NCBI GenBank assembly: GCA_963804645.1
Contig: CAWDRG010000019.1
Coordinates: 32,001-96,000 of the forward strand
Length of the DNA stretch: 64,000 nt
Source of the DNA: an uncultured Bacillota bacterium
GTDB lineage: Bacteria; Sysuimicrobiota; Sysuimicrobiia; Sysuimicrobiales; Segetimicrobiaceae
Direction: 5' to 3'
Part shown: positions 1 through 9,959 of the stretch, piece after piece
Position numbering within the stretch: the first letter of the stretch is position 1
How the letters are laid out: each line of letters begins with the position of its first letter
Translations under genes and position numbers: made by a program
Notes under the pieces: generated by a model
The model's database searches: none
Told to the model about the DNA's origin: nothing
What the model saw: the letters and a program-made list of their open reading frames with translations, nothing else

Positions 1-1
1 A

Positions 2-187
2 ACCGGCGGCACCTACCAGCGCGTCACGACGGCCGGCGACCTGAACCGGGTCTACACCCATCTCGGCCGCGTCATCGGCTGGGAGTTCCGGCCGGTCGAA
101 GTGAGCGGGCTGGCCGCGGTCGGGGTCGCCGCGCTGTTCGTCGGCACCATGGCCGTGTCGCTGTTCTGGATGCACCGGCTCGGCTGA
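2..187 (+). CDS. 3' end of a vWA-domain membrane protein (partial; paralog of 46893-47897)
   Basis: Frame 2 reads TGGTYQRVTTAGDLNRVYTHLGRVIGWEFRPVEVSG...WMHRLG*, nearly identical to the C-terminus of the vWA gene at 46893-47897. Confidence 0.85.
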   Translation, partial: TGGTYQRVTTAGDLNRVYTHLGRVIGWEFRPVEVSGLAAVGVAALFVGTMAVSLFWMHRLG

Positions 188-259
188 CCGGGCCGGCGCG
201 CGCCCACGCGACCCGCCTCACGCCCGCTCGTGATCGCTGCGCCGCTCGGGGGGAGTAGT

Positions 260-1957
260 GTGCCCGACCGCATCACCGTCTCTGTGGTTCAGCACCGGTG
301 CGTGGCGATCGTCGCGGAGATGGGCGAAGCCATGCTCCGCACGGCGTACTCCCAGATCTTGAACAGCAGCCGGGATTTTTCCACGGCGCTGTGCGACGGG
401 GCGGGCCGGCTTGTGGCTCAGGCCGAGCACGTCCCGATCCACGTCGGCGCGCTCCCGTGGGCGGTCCGGTCCGTGCTCGACGCGTTCGCGGGCCGCATCG
501 GCCCCGGCGATGTCTACGTGTTGAACGATCCGTATTTCGGCGGCAACCACCTGCCCGATCTTACCGCGCTGGTGCCGGTGTTCGCCGGCGACCGCCTCGC
601 GTTCTGGTCGATCAACCGCGCGCACCACAGCGACATCGGCGGCTCGACGCACGGCGGCTACAACCCCGCGGCCACGGAGATCTGGCAGGAAGGGCTCCGC
701 GTGCCGCCGCTCTTGCTGTACGACCGCGGCGCGCCGCGCGACGACGTGCTCCGGATGATCGCGACAAACGTGCGGCACCCGCGCGAGTTCCTGGGCGATC
801 TCCGGGCGTCGATCGGGTCGGCGCATTTGGGCGCGCGGCGCCTCGGCCGTCTGCTCGACGAGTACGGCGCGGGCGTCATCGCCGAGTGCGTCGACGGGTT
901 TCTCGACGGGACGGAGCGGCAGGCGCGGGCGTGCCTCCGCACCTGGGCCGACGGCGTCTACCGCGGCGAGGCGGTGCTCGACGACGATGGACACGGTACC
1001 GTCGATATCGCGATCCGCGCGACGGTGACGAAGCGCGGCGACGCGCTGCTCGTCGACCTGACCGAGAGCGACCCCCAGGTGACCGGATTCGTGAACTCGT
1101 CGCTCCCGAACACGATGTCCGCGGTGTTCATGGCGCTCGCGTATCTGCTCGATCCGGAGATCCCGAAGAACGACGGGACGTTCCGGCCGGTCGAGGTCCG
1201 GACGAAGGAGGGGACCGTCGTCCGTCCGCGCCCTCCGGCCCCCGTCACGCTGGCGACGAACCACTGCGGCCAGGAGATCGCCGAGGCCGTGCTCAAGGCG
1301 CTCGCCGGCGCGTGCCCGGACCGCGTCCCGGCCGGGTGGTCGCGGCGCTTCCGCATCGCCCTCCGCGGCGTGGATCCCCGGTCGGCGAAGCCGTTCATCT
1401 GGCACCTGTTTCACGCGCGGGGCGGGGGTGGCGCCTCGTCCGCGGGCGACGGGTGGCCCACCGCGGGCGAAGGACAGGCGGCGGGCGGCATCAAGTTCGG
1501 CAGCGTGGAGGTGACCGAGGTGCGCTTCCCGCTCGTCCTCGCGCGGCACGAGTTTCGGCCCGACTCCGGCGGCGACGGGCGGTTTCGCGGCGGGGTGGGC
1601 TCCGTGCTCGAGCTGCGCGTCGGGATCGCGGCGCCCGCCGTTGCCAACACCGCGGGGGACGGGGTGCGCCACGCGCCGTACGGGCTGTTCGGCGGCCGCG
1701 ACGGCGCGACGCACCGGTACCGCCTCGTCTCATCGGGGCGGACGCGCGTGCTCAAGACGAAAGAGGTCGGCGTGCCCGTGGGTCCGGGGGACGTCTTTCT
1801 GATTGAATCGAGCGGCGGGGGCGGGTACGGAGAGCCGCGGGCGCGCGACCGGGCCAGCCGTGAGGCGGATCTGGCCGACGGGTTCGTGACCGCGGCCCGA
1901 GGTCCGGCGCGCCCGCGCACGGCACGGCGGAGGACGCGTGTACCGCGTCGGCGTTGA
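260..1957 (+). CDS. Hydantoinase B/oxoprolinase family protein
   Basis: EMGEAMLRTAYS..DFSTAL, NDPYFGGNHLPD, HHSDIGG and GGGGYG motifs; GTG start after GGGAG. Confidence 0.9.
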   Translation: MPDRITVSVVQHRCVAIVAEMGEAMLRTAYSQILNSSRDFSTALCDGAGRLVAQAEHVPIHVGALPWAVRSVLDAFAGRIGPGDVYVLNDPYFGGNHLPDLTALVPVFAGDRLAFWSINRAHHSDIGGSTHGGYNPAATEIWQEGLRVPPLLLYDRGAPRDDVLRMIATNVRHPREFLGDLRASIGSAHLGARRLGRLLDEYGAGVIAECVDGFLDGTERQARACLRTWADGVYRGEAVLDDDGHGTVDIAIRATVTKRGDALLVDLTESDPQVTGFVNSSLPNTMSAVFMALAYLLDPEIPKNDGTFRPVEVRTKEGTVVRPRPPAPVTLATNHCGQEIAEAVLKALAGACPDRVPAGWSRRFRIALRGVDPRSAKPFIWHLFHARGGGGASSAGDGWPTAGEGQAAGGIKFGSVEVTEVRFPLVLARHEFRPDSGGDGRFRGGVGSVLELRVGIAAPAVANTAGDGVRHAPYGLFGGRDGATHRYRLVSSGRTRVLKTKEVGVPVGPGDVFLIESSGGGGYGEPRARDRASREADLADGFVTAARGPARPRTARRRTRVPRRR

Positions 1958-4001
1958 CGTCGGAGGGACGTTCACCGATCTCGTCGCCGTGGACGACCAG
2001 GGCCGCGTGACCTTTGCCAAGACGGCCTCGACCCCGGCGGACCCGTCGCTCGGCATTCTCGACGGGCTGCGCCTCTTGGCCCGCGCGCTGGGGGTGGACC
2101 TCCGGGCGCTGCTCGCGGACACCGATCGGGTGGTGCACGGGACGACGGTCGCGACGAACGCGCTCGTGGAGCGGAAGGGCGCCCGCGTCGGCCTCCTGAC
2201 GACCGAAGGGCACCGCGATATTTTAGAGATGCGCGAGGGGCTTAAGGCGGACCGGTACAACCTCCGGATGCCGCCGCCGGTGCCGCTGGTGCCGCGCCGG
2301 CATCGGCTCGGAGTCCGCGAGCGCATCGCCGCGGATGGGACGGTCGCGGTTCCCCTCAGCCGCGGCTCGCTCGCCGGCGCGATCCGATCGCTCGCACGCG
2401 CGCAGCTCGACGCGGTCGCGATCTGCTACCTGCACGCGTACCGGAATCCCCGGCACGAGCGCGAGACCCGCCGCGCGGTCGCGCGGGGGCTTCCGGGGGC
2501 GTACGTCTCGGTGTCGTCCGAGGTGCTGCCGCAGATCAAGGAGTACGAGCGGATCTGCACGACCGTCGTGAACGCGTACGTCGGGCCGGCGCTCGCGCGC
2601 TACCTGCGCACCCTCGCGGCGCGGCTGCGGGCGAGCGGGTACTCCCGCCGCGTGCTGGTGATGCAGTCCCACGGCGGCGTCGCGACGATCCCCGATTCCG
2701 TGCGCCTCGCGGCCGGCGCGATACTGTCCGGCCCGGCCGGCGGGATCGCGGGGAGCCGCTACGCGGCACGCCTGCTCGGCGCGCGCGACCTCATCACGTT
2801 CGACATGGGGGGGACGAGCACCGACATCGCCCTGCTCGAGGGCGGCGAACCGCCGCTGTCGGGCGACAAGACAATCGACGGGCATAAGGTGGCCTTGCCG
2901 AGCCTGGACATCCACACGCTCGGCGCCGGCGGGGGATCGGTGGCGACGGTGGACGCCGCCGGGCTGCTCCACGTCGGCCCCGAGAGCGCCGGCGCCCGGC
3001 CCGGGCCCGCGTGCTACGGGTTGGGGGGCACGGCGGCGACCGTGACCGACGCGAACGTCGTCCTCGGCTACCTCGACCCGGCGAACTTTCTCGGCGGGCG
3101 CACGCGGCTGGACGCGCGGGCGGCGGAACGCGCGGTCGGGCGGATCGGCGCCCAACTCGGGTGTGAGACGATCGTCGCGGCCGAGGGGATTCAGACCCTC
3201 GTCAACACCGCCATGGCGGAGGGGATCCGCATCGTGTCGGTACGGCGTGGGGTGGACCCGCGCCGCTTCGCGGTGCTGGGGTTCGGGGGCGCGGCGGGAC
3301 TGCACGCCACGCAGGTCGCCCGCATGCTCGAGATCACGCGGGTCGTCGTGCCCCGCGCCGCCGCGGTGCTGTCGGCATGGGGCATGCTCGCGACGGATCT
3401 TCGCTACGAGCTCGTCCAGACGCACGTCGGCGAGATTCAGCACATCGGCGCGGCGGGAATCCGGCGGCTGTTTGCCCGGATGGAGGCGGACGGCCGAGCC
3501 CGCCTCGGGCGGGCGGCCGACGGCCCGCTGGCGGTGCGCCGGTCGCTCGACATGCGGTACGGGGAGCAGATCTTCGAAATCGGGGTCTCCCTCGACGGAC
3601 TCGACCTGGCCGCGTCCGACCTCGTGGCGCAGATCGTGCAGCGATTCCAGCGGCGGCACGAGGCGCTCTACACGTACAGCGCCCCAGACCAGGACGTGGT
3701 CCTCGTCAACGCGCGCGTCGCGGTCGTCGGCGTGCTGCCGGTCGCCCCCGCCGAGCCGGAGACGCCCGCGGCCGGAGACCGCCCGCCCGCGCCGCGGCGG
3801 CGGCGCGTCTACCTCGGCGGCTGGCTCGACGTGCCGGTGTACCGCTGGGAGGCGCTCACGGCGGGGTTCGAGGCGGCGGGGCCGGCGATCTTCGAAGCGC
3901 CCACGACGACGGTGCTCGCGCGGCCGGGCGATCGGGTGCGGGTCACGCCGCACGGCTGGCTCGACGTGGACACCTCGGGATCGCCGGGGAGCCCCGCGTG
4001 A
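1938..4001 (+). CDS. Hydantoinase A/oxoprolinase family protein
   Basis: GVDVGGTFTD, HGTTVATN, SGPAGG, DMGGTSTD and GAGGGS motifs. Confidence 0.92.
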   Translation: MYRVGVDVGGTFTDLVAVDDQGRVTFAKTASTPADPSLGILDGLRLLARALGVDLRALLADTDRVVHGTTVATNALVERKGARVGLLTTEGHRDILEMREGLKADRYNLRMPPPVPLVPRRHRLGVRERIAADGTVAVPLSRGSLAGAIRSLARAQLDAVAICYLHAYRNPRHERETRRAVARGLPGAYVSVSSEVLPQIKEYERICTTVVNAYVGPALARYLRTLAARLRASGYSRRVLVMQSHGGVATIPDSVRLAAGAILSGPAGGIAGSRYAARLLGARDLITFDMGGTSTDIALLEGGEPPLSGDKTIDGHKVALPSLDIHTLGAGGGSVATVDAAGLLHVGPESAGARPGPACYGLGGTAATVTDANVVLGYLDPANFLGGRTRLDARAAERAVGRIGAQLGCETIVAAEGIQTLVNTAMAEGIRIVSVRRGVDPRRFAVLGFGGAAGLHATQVARMLEITRVVVPRAAAVLSAWGMLATDLRYELVQTHVGEIQHIGAAGIRRLFARMEADGRARLGRAADGPLAVRRSLDMRYGEQIFEIGVSLDGLDLAASDLVAQIVQRFQRRHEALYTYSAPDQDVVLVNARVAVVGVLPVAPAEPETPAAGDRPPAPRRRRVYLGGWLDVPVYRWEALTAGFEAAGPAIFEAPTTTVLARPGDRVRVTPHGWLDVDTSGSPGSPA

Positions 4002-5173
4002 CGCGCACCGCCGAGGTGGTCGTCATCGGCGCCGGCGTGATGGGCGCGAGCGTGGCCTATCATCTCGCCGCGCGCGGCTGCCGCGACGTGCTCGTGCTCG
4101 AGCGGAGCGACCGGGCCGGCCTCGGCAGCACCGGGCGGGCGATGGGCGGGTTCCGGGGGCAGTTTGCGACCGACGTGTGCGTGCGGCTGTCGCTCCTCGC
4201 GCGCGAGAAGCTCCTCCGGTTCCGGGACGAGCTTGGGGTCGATCCCGGGTACCGGCCGGTGGGCTACTTGTTCATGGCGCGGACCGCCGCGCAGCTCGAC
4301 ACGCTCCGGGCGGCGCACGCGGTCCAGCGGCGAGCGGGCCTGCACCAGGTGCGGGAGGTCGGGTCCGACGAGATCCCGCGGCTCTCGACGGCGGTGCGCG
4401 CGGACCGGTATGTGGGCGGCAGCTTCTGTCCCACCGACGGCTACATTGTGCCGCTCGACATCCTGCGGGGGTATCTCGGCGGCGCGCAGCGCCTCGGCGT
4501 GACGATCGAGTACGGGGTCGGGGACGTCGCCTGCCTCGCGGAGGACTCCGGCGACGGGACGCGGCGCGTGCGCGGGGTCAGGACGCGGCGGGGCGAGGTC
4601 GCGGCGCGGCACGTCGTGAACGCCGCGGGTCCGTGGGCGGCCGCCGTCGGACGCACGGCCGGGATTGAGGTGCCCGTGGTCCCGGCGCGCCGCCAGGTCG
4701 CGATCACCGCGCCGTGTGCGCTGTCAGCCGACACGCCGATGACGATCGACGTCGACGACGGCGTCCACTACCGCGTGCGGGACGGCCGCGTGGTGTTGAT
4801 GTGGCCGGTCGATACGCCGGCGGACGATCCGTTCGATACGACCTTCGATCCGCGGTGGCTCGACGCGCTGCTGCCCCGGGCGTACGCGATGGCGCCCGCG
4901 CTGCGCGATGCGGGGATCGACCCGGACGCATGCCTCTGCGGCCTCTACGAGATGAGCCCCGACAAGCACGCGATCCTGGGGCCCGCGCCCGGCGTGCGCG
5001 GCCTGTACCTCATCAACGGCTCGTCCGGACACGGGGTGATGCACTCGACGGCGCTCGGCCAGCTCCTGGCGGAGATCATCGTCGACGGGCGCGCCCACAG
5101 TCTCGACGTCCATGCGCTGCGCCCGAGCCGGTTTGCCGAGGGCGAGCCCAACCTCGAGACGGGCGTGCTCTAG
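3998..5173 (+). CDS. FAD-dependent oxidoreductase (sarcosine oxidase beta/DAO family)
   Basis: VIGAGVMGAS Rossmann motif, VVNAAGPW, GSSGHG; GTGA overlap with the upstream stop. Confidence 0.88.
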   Translation: MTRTAEVVVIGAGVMGASVAYHLAARGCRDVLVLERSDRAGLGSTGRAMGGFRGQFATDVCVRLSLLAREKLLRFRDELGVDPGYRPVGYLFMARTAAQLDTLRAAHAVQRRAGLHQVREVGSDEIPRLSTAVRADRYVGGSFCPTDGYIVPLDILRGYLGGAQRLGVTIEYGVGDVACLAEDSGDGTRRVRGVRTRRGEVAARHVVNAAGPWAAAVGRTAGIEVPVVPARRQVAITAPCALSADTPMTIDVDDGVHYRVRDGRVVLMWPVDTPADDPFDTTFDPRWLDALLPRAYAMAPALRDAGIDPDACLCGLYEMSPDKHAILGPAPGVRGLYLINGSSGHGVMHSTALGQLLAEIIVDGRAHSLDVHALRPSRFAEGEPNLETGVL

Positions 5174-5188
5174 CGATCCGGGCGGCGG

Positions 5189-5962
5189 TCAGGCGATCGT
5201 CATGCCGCCGTCGATCGCGATGCTCGCCCCCGTCATGAGCCCCGCGTCGGTCGAGGCCAGGAACAGCACGGCGCCGACGATGTCGTCGGGCGCGCCGACC
5301 CGTCGGAGCGGGATCCGGTCGAGGCGCATCTCGCGCCACGCCGGATCCGCCAAGTCGCGCCGGTTCATGTCGGTCTCAATCAGCCCGGGGTTGACCTCGT
5401 TCACGCGGATGCCGTGCGCCGCCAGTTCGTAGGCCATCGACCGCGTCAGCATCGTGGCGCCGCCTTTGCTGGCCGCGTAGTGGGAGAGATTGAGCGACGC
5501 GTAGCGCGAACTGCTGGATGCGACGTTGACGATGCATCCCTGAATCCCGTGCCGCACCATGCGCCGGGCGACCGCCTGGCCGACGACGAAGAAGCCCCGG
5601 AGGTTCGTGCGAAGAATCCGGTCCCACTCGTCGATCGGGATCTCGAGGAACGGCGTGCGGGTGAGCACGCCCGCGTTGTTGACGAGGATGTCGACCGGTC
5701 CGAGCGCCGCCTCCACCCGCCCCATCATCTGCTCGACCGCGCCTGGATCGGCCACGTCGGCCTGGACCGCCATCGCCCAGCCGCCGTGCGACTCGATCTC
5801 CGCGACCGCGGTCCGGGCGGCCTCGGCGTCGCGGTGATAGTTGATCGCGACGCGCGCCCCGCAGCGCGCCAGGCCGAGCGCGATCGCGCGCCCGATGCTG
5901 CGGCTGCCGCCCGTGACGAGCGCGCGCTGTCCGGCGAGCGTATAGCGGGTGGCTGCTGCCAT
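5189..5962 (-). CDS. Short-chain dehydrogenase/reductase
   Basis: TGGSRSIG, NNAG, YAASK; GAGGAGG RBS upstream. Confidence 0.9.
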   Translation of the reverse strand: MAAATRYTLAGQRALVTGGSRSIGRAIALGLARCGARVAINYHRDAEAARTAVAEIESHGGWAMAVQADVADPGAVEQMMGRVEAALGPVDILVNNAGVLTRTPFLEIPIDEWDRILRTNLRGFFVVGQAVARRMVRHGIQGCIVNVASSSSRYASLNLSHYAASKGGATMLTRSMAYELAAHGIRVNEVNPGLIETDMNRRDLADPAWREMRLDRIPLRRVGAPDDIVGAVLFLASTDAGLMTGASIAIDGGMTIA

Positions 5963-6141
5963 GGGGCCTCCTCGACCGACACCGAGGTTCGGGACGATGG
6001 CCTTCGCGTCTGGGCGGCCGAGGTCCTTGAGGGTCGTTCGCGCTCCACAGGAACGGGATCGGCGGCCACCGAAACGGGCCGATGCGCAGGACGTCGGGAT
6101 CGCGGACGGGGTTGCGTCCGGACATCGAAGGAGGCAGGGCC

Positions 6142-6924
6142 GTGCCCACGCTGGAGGGGAAGGCGGCAATCGTCACAGGGGCGGCATCCGGGCTCGGCCT
6201 CGCGATCGTGCGGGCGCTCGCGGCCGAGGGCGCGAGCGTCTGCGTCGCCGATCTCAACGAGCAGGCCGGGCGGGCCGTGGTCGAGGCGCTGACGCGCCAG
6301 GGGCGGCGCGCGGTCTTCAGCCGCGTGGACGTGGCAGACGCGACCTCCGCCCGCGAGATGGTGGCCGCCGCCGTGGCGGCATTCGGCCGGCTCGACGTGC
6401 TCGTCAACAACGCGGGGCTGCAGCACGTCGCGCCGATCGTCGAGTTTCCTGAGGAGCGCTGGAACTATCTCCTCGCGGTGCTGCTCACCGGGACGTTCCT
6501 GTGCACGAAGTACGCGCTGCCGCACATGATCCGCGGCCGGTGGGGACGGGTGATCAACATGGCCTCCGCGCACGGCCTGATCGCGTCCCCGTTCAAGTCC
6601 GCGTACGTCGCGGCGAAGCACGGCGTCGTCGGATTTACCAAGGCGGCGGCGTGGGAGGTCGCCGAGCACGGGATCACGGTCAACGCGATCTGCCCCGGGT
6701 ACGTCCGGACACCGCTGGTGGAGCGGCAGATCGCGAGCTTGGCGGCGACGCACCGGATTCCGGAGTCCGAGGTCGTGAGCCGGATCATGCTGGAGGGGCA
6801 GGCGATCAAGCGCCTGCTCGAGCCCGAGGAAGTCGCCGCGCTTGCGCTGTACCTCTGCTCGGACGCCGCGGCGGTGCTGACCGGCGCGGCCCTGCCGATC
6901 GACGGCGGCTGGACCGCGCACTGA
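6142..6924 (+). CDS. bdhA: 3-hydroxybutyrate dehydrogenase-like SDR
   Basis: NNAGLQHVAPIVEFP, SAHGL.ASPFKSAYVAAKHG, DGGWTA; AAGGAGG RBS. Confidence 0.85.
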   Translation: MPTLEGKAAIVTGAASGLGLAIVRALAAEGASVCVADLNEQAGRAVVEALTRQGRRAVFSRVDVADATSAREMVAAAVAAFGRLDVLVNNAGLQHVAPIVEFPEERWNYLLAVLLTGTFLCTKYALPHMIRGRWGRVINMASAHGLIASPFKSAYVAAKHGVVGFTKAAAWEVAEHGITVNAICPGYVRTPLVERQIASLAATHRIPESEVVSRIMLEGQAIKRLLEPEEVAALALYLCSDAAAVLTGAALPIDGGWTAH

Positions 6925-6986
6925 GTCCGCGCCGCGGCGGGCGGCGCGCAGCCACAACACGCCGGGGAAGGGAGCGGGAAGCGGTC

Positions 6987-7328
6987 ATGGTGACGGGGCC
7001 GGGGGGACAGGACGACGATCTGCATCTCTCCCACGAGACGCGGGCGCTGCTCGACGCGATCGGCGAGACGACCCGCAAGACGGTCGACATCCTGAACCAC
7101 CCCGCCGCTGCGCACGTGGCCGGTCATCTCACGGCGAGCATGGAGCGCCTGACCGCGGCGGCGACGGCGGTGCTGGCCGGGGCCGGCACGAAGTGTCTCC
7201 TGTGGAGCCCGTCTGCGACCATCATCTCGACGATCGACTCACGAACGGGAAACCTCCGTCTGGAGTGCCTGCACCCCCAGCCGCATCAGCACTGCTGGGA
7301 TCTCACCGGGACCCGGATCACGTGTTAG
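6987..7328 (+). CDS. Hypothetical small protein with Cys/His-rich C-terminus
   Basis: 113-aa ORF ending ECLHPQPHQHCWDLTGTRITC; fills the gap between neighbouring genes. Confidence 0.6.
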   Translation: MVTGPGGQDDDLHLSHETRALLDAIGETTRKTVDILNHPAAAHVAGHLTASMERLTAAATAVLAGAGTKCLLWSPSATIISTIDSRTGNLRLECLHPQPHQHCWDLTGTRITC

Positions 7329-7332
7329 CGCC

Positions 7333-7995
7333 GTGGAGCTGATCGCCACGGCGCTCGGGCTCAGCATGTTCGTCGTCGGACATCTGACGCAGGTCCACAC
7401 CGTCTTGGTCGCGGTCATCGGCGCGGCGGCCGTCGGCGTGGTGATGACCGTGCTGGGGTGGGCCGGGATACGGTGGACCAGGCTGCGCTCTCCTGAGGCG
7501 ACCCTCGACCTGGTGTGGGGGTGGCTCCTGTTCTGTCTCGCCGTCGGCGGACTCGGCACGTGGCTCGTCATTGGGCTCACGTTTTTAGCGAAACAGCGCC
7601 TCGGGGACAAACCCACCGCGTTCGAAGACGCGACCGCGGGCGCCATGATTGCCTTGGTGACGGCCGCGATCGCGTCACGCCAGCAGTTCTTTGCCCAGTA
7701 CGGTCCCGGTCCGTTGGCGCAGCGCTTCATCCAGCGGACGTTTCGGCGCCCGGTGGGGCCGCTTCTGGTCGGGCGGGACAACATGGACCCGCAGGTGCTG
7801 GCCTGCCGGGCGGTCGAGGAGGACGAGTTCGCGGTGCCCAACGGTGCCGTATCCGGGTGGGGTTTTCGCGCCGATTGTGCGCGCCTCCGGTTGATTCGTG
7901 ACTACTTGGTCCGCACCCCGCAGCCAGCCTTGGGACCGTGGCGTGCCCCGCGCGTGGAGAAGCAGCCCGCGGTGATTTCTGGCGATCCCCCCTAG
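7333..7995 (+). CDS. Hypothetical membrane protein (about 4 TM segments)
   Basis: Several hydrophobic segments; starts 4 nt after the upstream stop. Confidence 0.6.
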   Translation: MELIATALGLSMFVVGHLTQVHTVLVAVIGAAAVGVVMTVLGWAGIRWTRLRSPEATLDLVWGWLLFCLAVGGLGTWLVIGLTFLAKQRLGDKPTAFEDATAGAMIALVTAAIASRQQFFAQYGPGPLAQRFIQRTFRRPVGPLLVGRDNMDPQVLACRAVEEDEFAVPNGAVSGWGFRADCARLRLIRDYLVRTPQPALGPWRAPRVEKQPAVISGDPP

Positions 7996-8142
7996 CGACA
8001 GCACCGTCCCACGTCGTTCGTCACGCATCGAGCCCGCGTACCTCGCTGAATTGGAAAACGCCGCCCCCACGGTCGGCATCCGGCTCCGTGCGCGTCAGGG
8101 AGGCCGCTGTACGACGAGGCGCGCGTTGAAGTGCCACTCAGC

Positions 8143-9000
8143 CTAGCGCTGGTACAGGCGGGGGTCCAGCGCGTCGCGGAGGCCGTCGCCGAGAAAGTTG
8201 AATCCGAGGACCGTGACGAAGATCGCGAGGATCGGAAACAGGGCGGTGTGCGGCGCAAGGCCCAGGTAGTTTTTTGCCACGAAGACCATCGCGCCCCATT
8301 CGGGCGTGGGTGGTTGCGCCCCGAGCCCCAGAAACGACAGGACCGACGCGGCCAGAATCGTGTTCGCCATGCTGAGCGTGGTCGTGACGATGATCTCTGG
8401 CGAGATGTTCGGCAGCACGTGGCGGATGAGGATGCGGCCGTCCCGGACGCCGAGCGCCCGGCTGGCTTCGACGTATTCTTGGGACCGCACGCGAAGGACG
8501 GCGCTGCGCGTGATCCGGACGAACGACGGCACGGTCGTGATGCCGACGGCGATCATCGCGTTGGTGAGGCTCGGGCCGAGCGCGCCGAGGATCGCGATCG
8601 CCAGTAAGAGGCCCGGAAACGCGAGCAGGACGTCGATCGTGCGCATGATCGGGTTGTCGAGCCGCCGGTAGAAGCCGGCCAGCAGACCGAGCGAGACGCC
8701 GGCGGCGAACGCGATGCCGACCGCGATCACCCCGATCCGCAGCGACACGCGGCTCCCATAGACGATCCGGCTCAGGATGTCTCGCCCGAGGTCGTCCGTC
8801 CCAAACCAATGCGCGCGCGACGGCCCCTGAAACCGATCGAGGACGCTGGGGTGCAGCGGGTCATAGGGTGCGAGTGTCGGGGCCAACAGCACGATCAGCA
8901 CGAGCCCCACCACGATCGTCCCGCCGATGCGGGCCTGCCATGACCGCCACAGCCGTCGTGCGAGCGTGGGGCCGCCCGGCGTGCGCGTCCGTGCCGGCAT
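8143..9000 (-). CDS. Peptide ABC transporter permease (DppC/OppC-like)
   Basis: HWFGTDDLGRDILSR, EYVEASRALG (EAA loop), FNFLGDGLRDALDP. Confidence 0.92.
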   Translation of the reverse strand: MPARTRTPGGPTLARRLWRSWQARIGGTIVVGLVLIVLLAPTLAPYDPLHPSVLDRFQGPSRAHWFGTDDLGRDILSRIVYGSRVSLRIGVIAVGIAFAAGVSLGLLAGFYRRLDNPIMRTIDVLLAFPGLLLAIAILGALGPSLTNAMIAVGITTVPSFVRITRSAVLRVRSQEYVEASRALGVRDGRILIRHVLPNISPEIIVTTTLSMANTILAASVLSFLGLGAQPPTPEWGAMVFVAKNYLGLAPHTALFPILAIFVTVLGFNFLGDGLRDALDPRLYQR

Positions 9001-9008
9001 GCCGTCCA

Positions 9009-9947
9009 CTATTGATACCGGACCCGCGGATCGACGACCGCGTACACGACGTCGACGAGGAGGTTTGTGAGCACGAACGTCACCGCCAGGAACAGCACGG
9101 CCCCCTGCACGATCGGAAAGTCTCGGCTGAGGATCGCGTCCACGAGCAGCCGTCCCATGCCGGGGAGTGAGAAAATCGTTTCGGTCACGACCGCGCCGCT
9201 CAGGAGGAACCCGAACTGGAGGCCGACGATCGTGATCACTGGGAGGAGCGCGTTCCTGAAGGCGTGGCGGACGACGACGCGCAGCTCGTGCATGCCCTTC
9301 GCCCGCGCGGTGCGGACGTACTCCTGGTTCAAGCTCTCCAGCATTGACGACCGGGTCAGGCGGGCGAGCAGCGCCATGGTGCCGCTGCCGACCGTGATCG
9401 CCGGGAGCGCGATGTCCCGCCAGCCATCGACGGTGGCGAGGGACGCGTAGCCGCCGAGCGGCAGCCACCGCAAGAGGATGGCGAAGATCCACAGCAGGAT
9501 GAGCCCGACCGCGAACACCGGGACCGCGGAGCCCGTGAGGACCACGACGATCGAGGCGAGGTCGACGACCGAGTTGCGGCGGTAGGCCGCGACGATGCCC
9601 ATTGGCACGCTCACGACGATCGTCCAGACCACGCCGACGACCGCCAGCGTCAGCGTGACCGGAAACGTGGCGAGGAGCCGGTCGACGACGGGCTCGCGCG
9701 ACTGGATCGATCGTCCGAAATCGCCCCGCACGATCCGGGCGAGGTAGCGGCCGTACTGGATGTAGAGCGGCTGGTCGAGTCCGAGCGAGCGCTCGACGTC
9801 CCGCACCACATTCGGCGGCGCGTCCGGCCCCGCGATGACGAGGGCCGGGTTGCCGGGCGTCAGGTGGAGGATGAGGAACACGAGCACGGACACGCCGAAC
9901 AGCACCGGCACGGCAAGGAGGAGCCGGCGCGCGATGTACGAGCCCAT
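9009..9947 (-). CDS. Peptide ABC transporter permease (DppB/OppB-like)
   Basis: GLDQPLYIQY, EYVRTARAKG, DPRVRY. Confidence 0.92.
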   Translation of the reverse strand: MGSYIARRLLLAVPVLFGVSVLVFLILHLTPGNPALVIAGPDAPPNVVRDVERSLGLDQPLYIQYGRYLARIVRGDFGRSIQSREPVVDRLLATFPVTLTLAVVGVVWTIVVSVPMGIVAAYRRNSVVDLASIVVVLTGSAVPVFAVGLILLWIFAILLRWLPLGGYASLATVDGWRDIALPAITVGSGTMALLARLTRSSMLESLNQEYVRTARAKGMHELRVVVRHAFRNALLPVITIVGLQFGFLLSGAVVTETIFSLPGMGRLLVDAILSRDFPIVQGAVLFLAVTFVLTNLLVDVVYAVVDPRVRYQ

Positions 9948-9959
9948 GCCGACCCTAGG

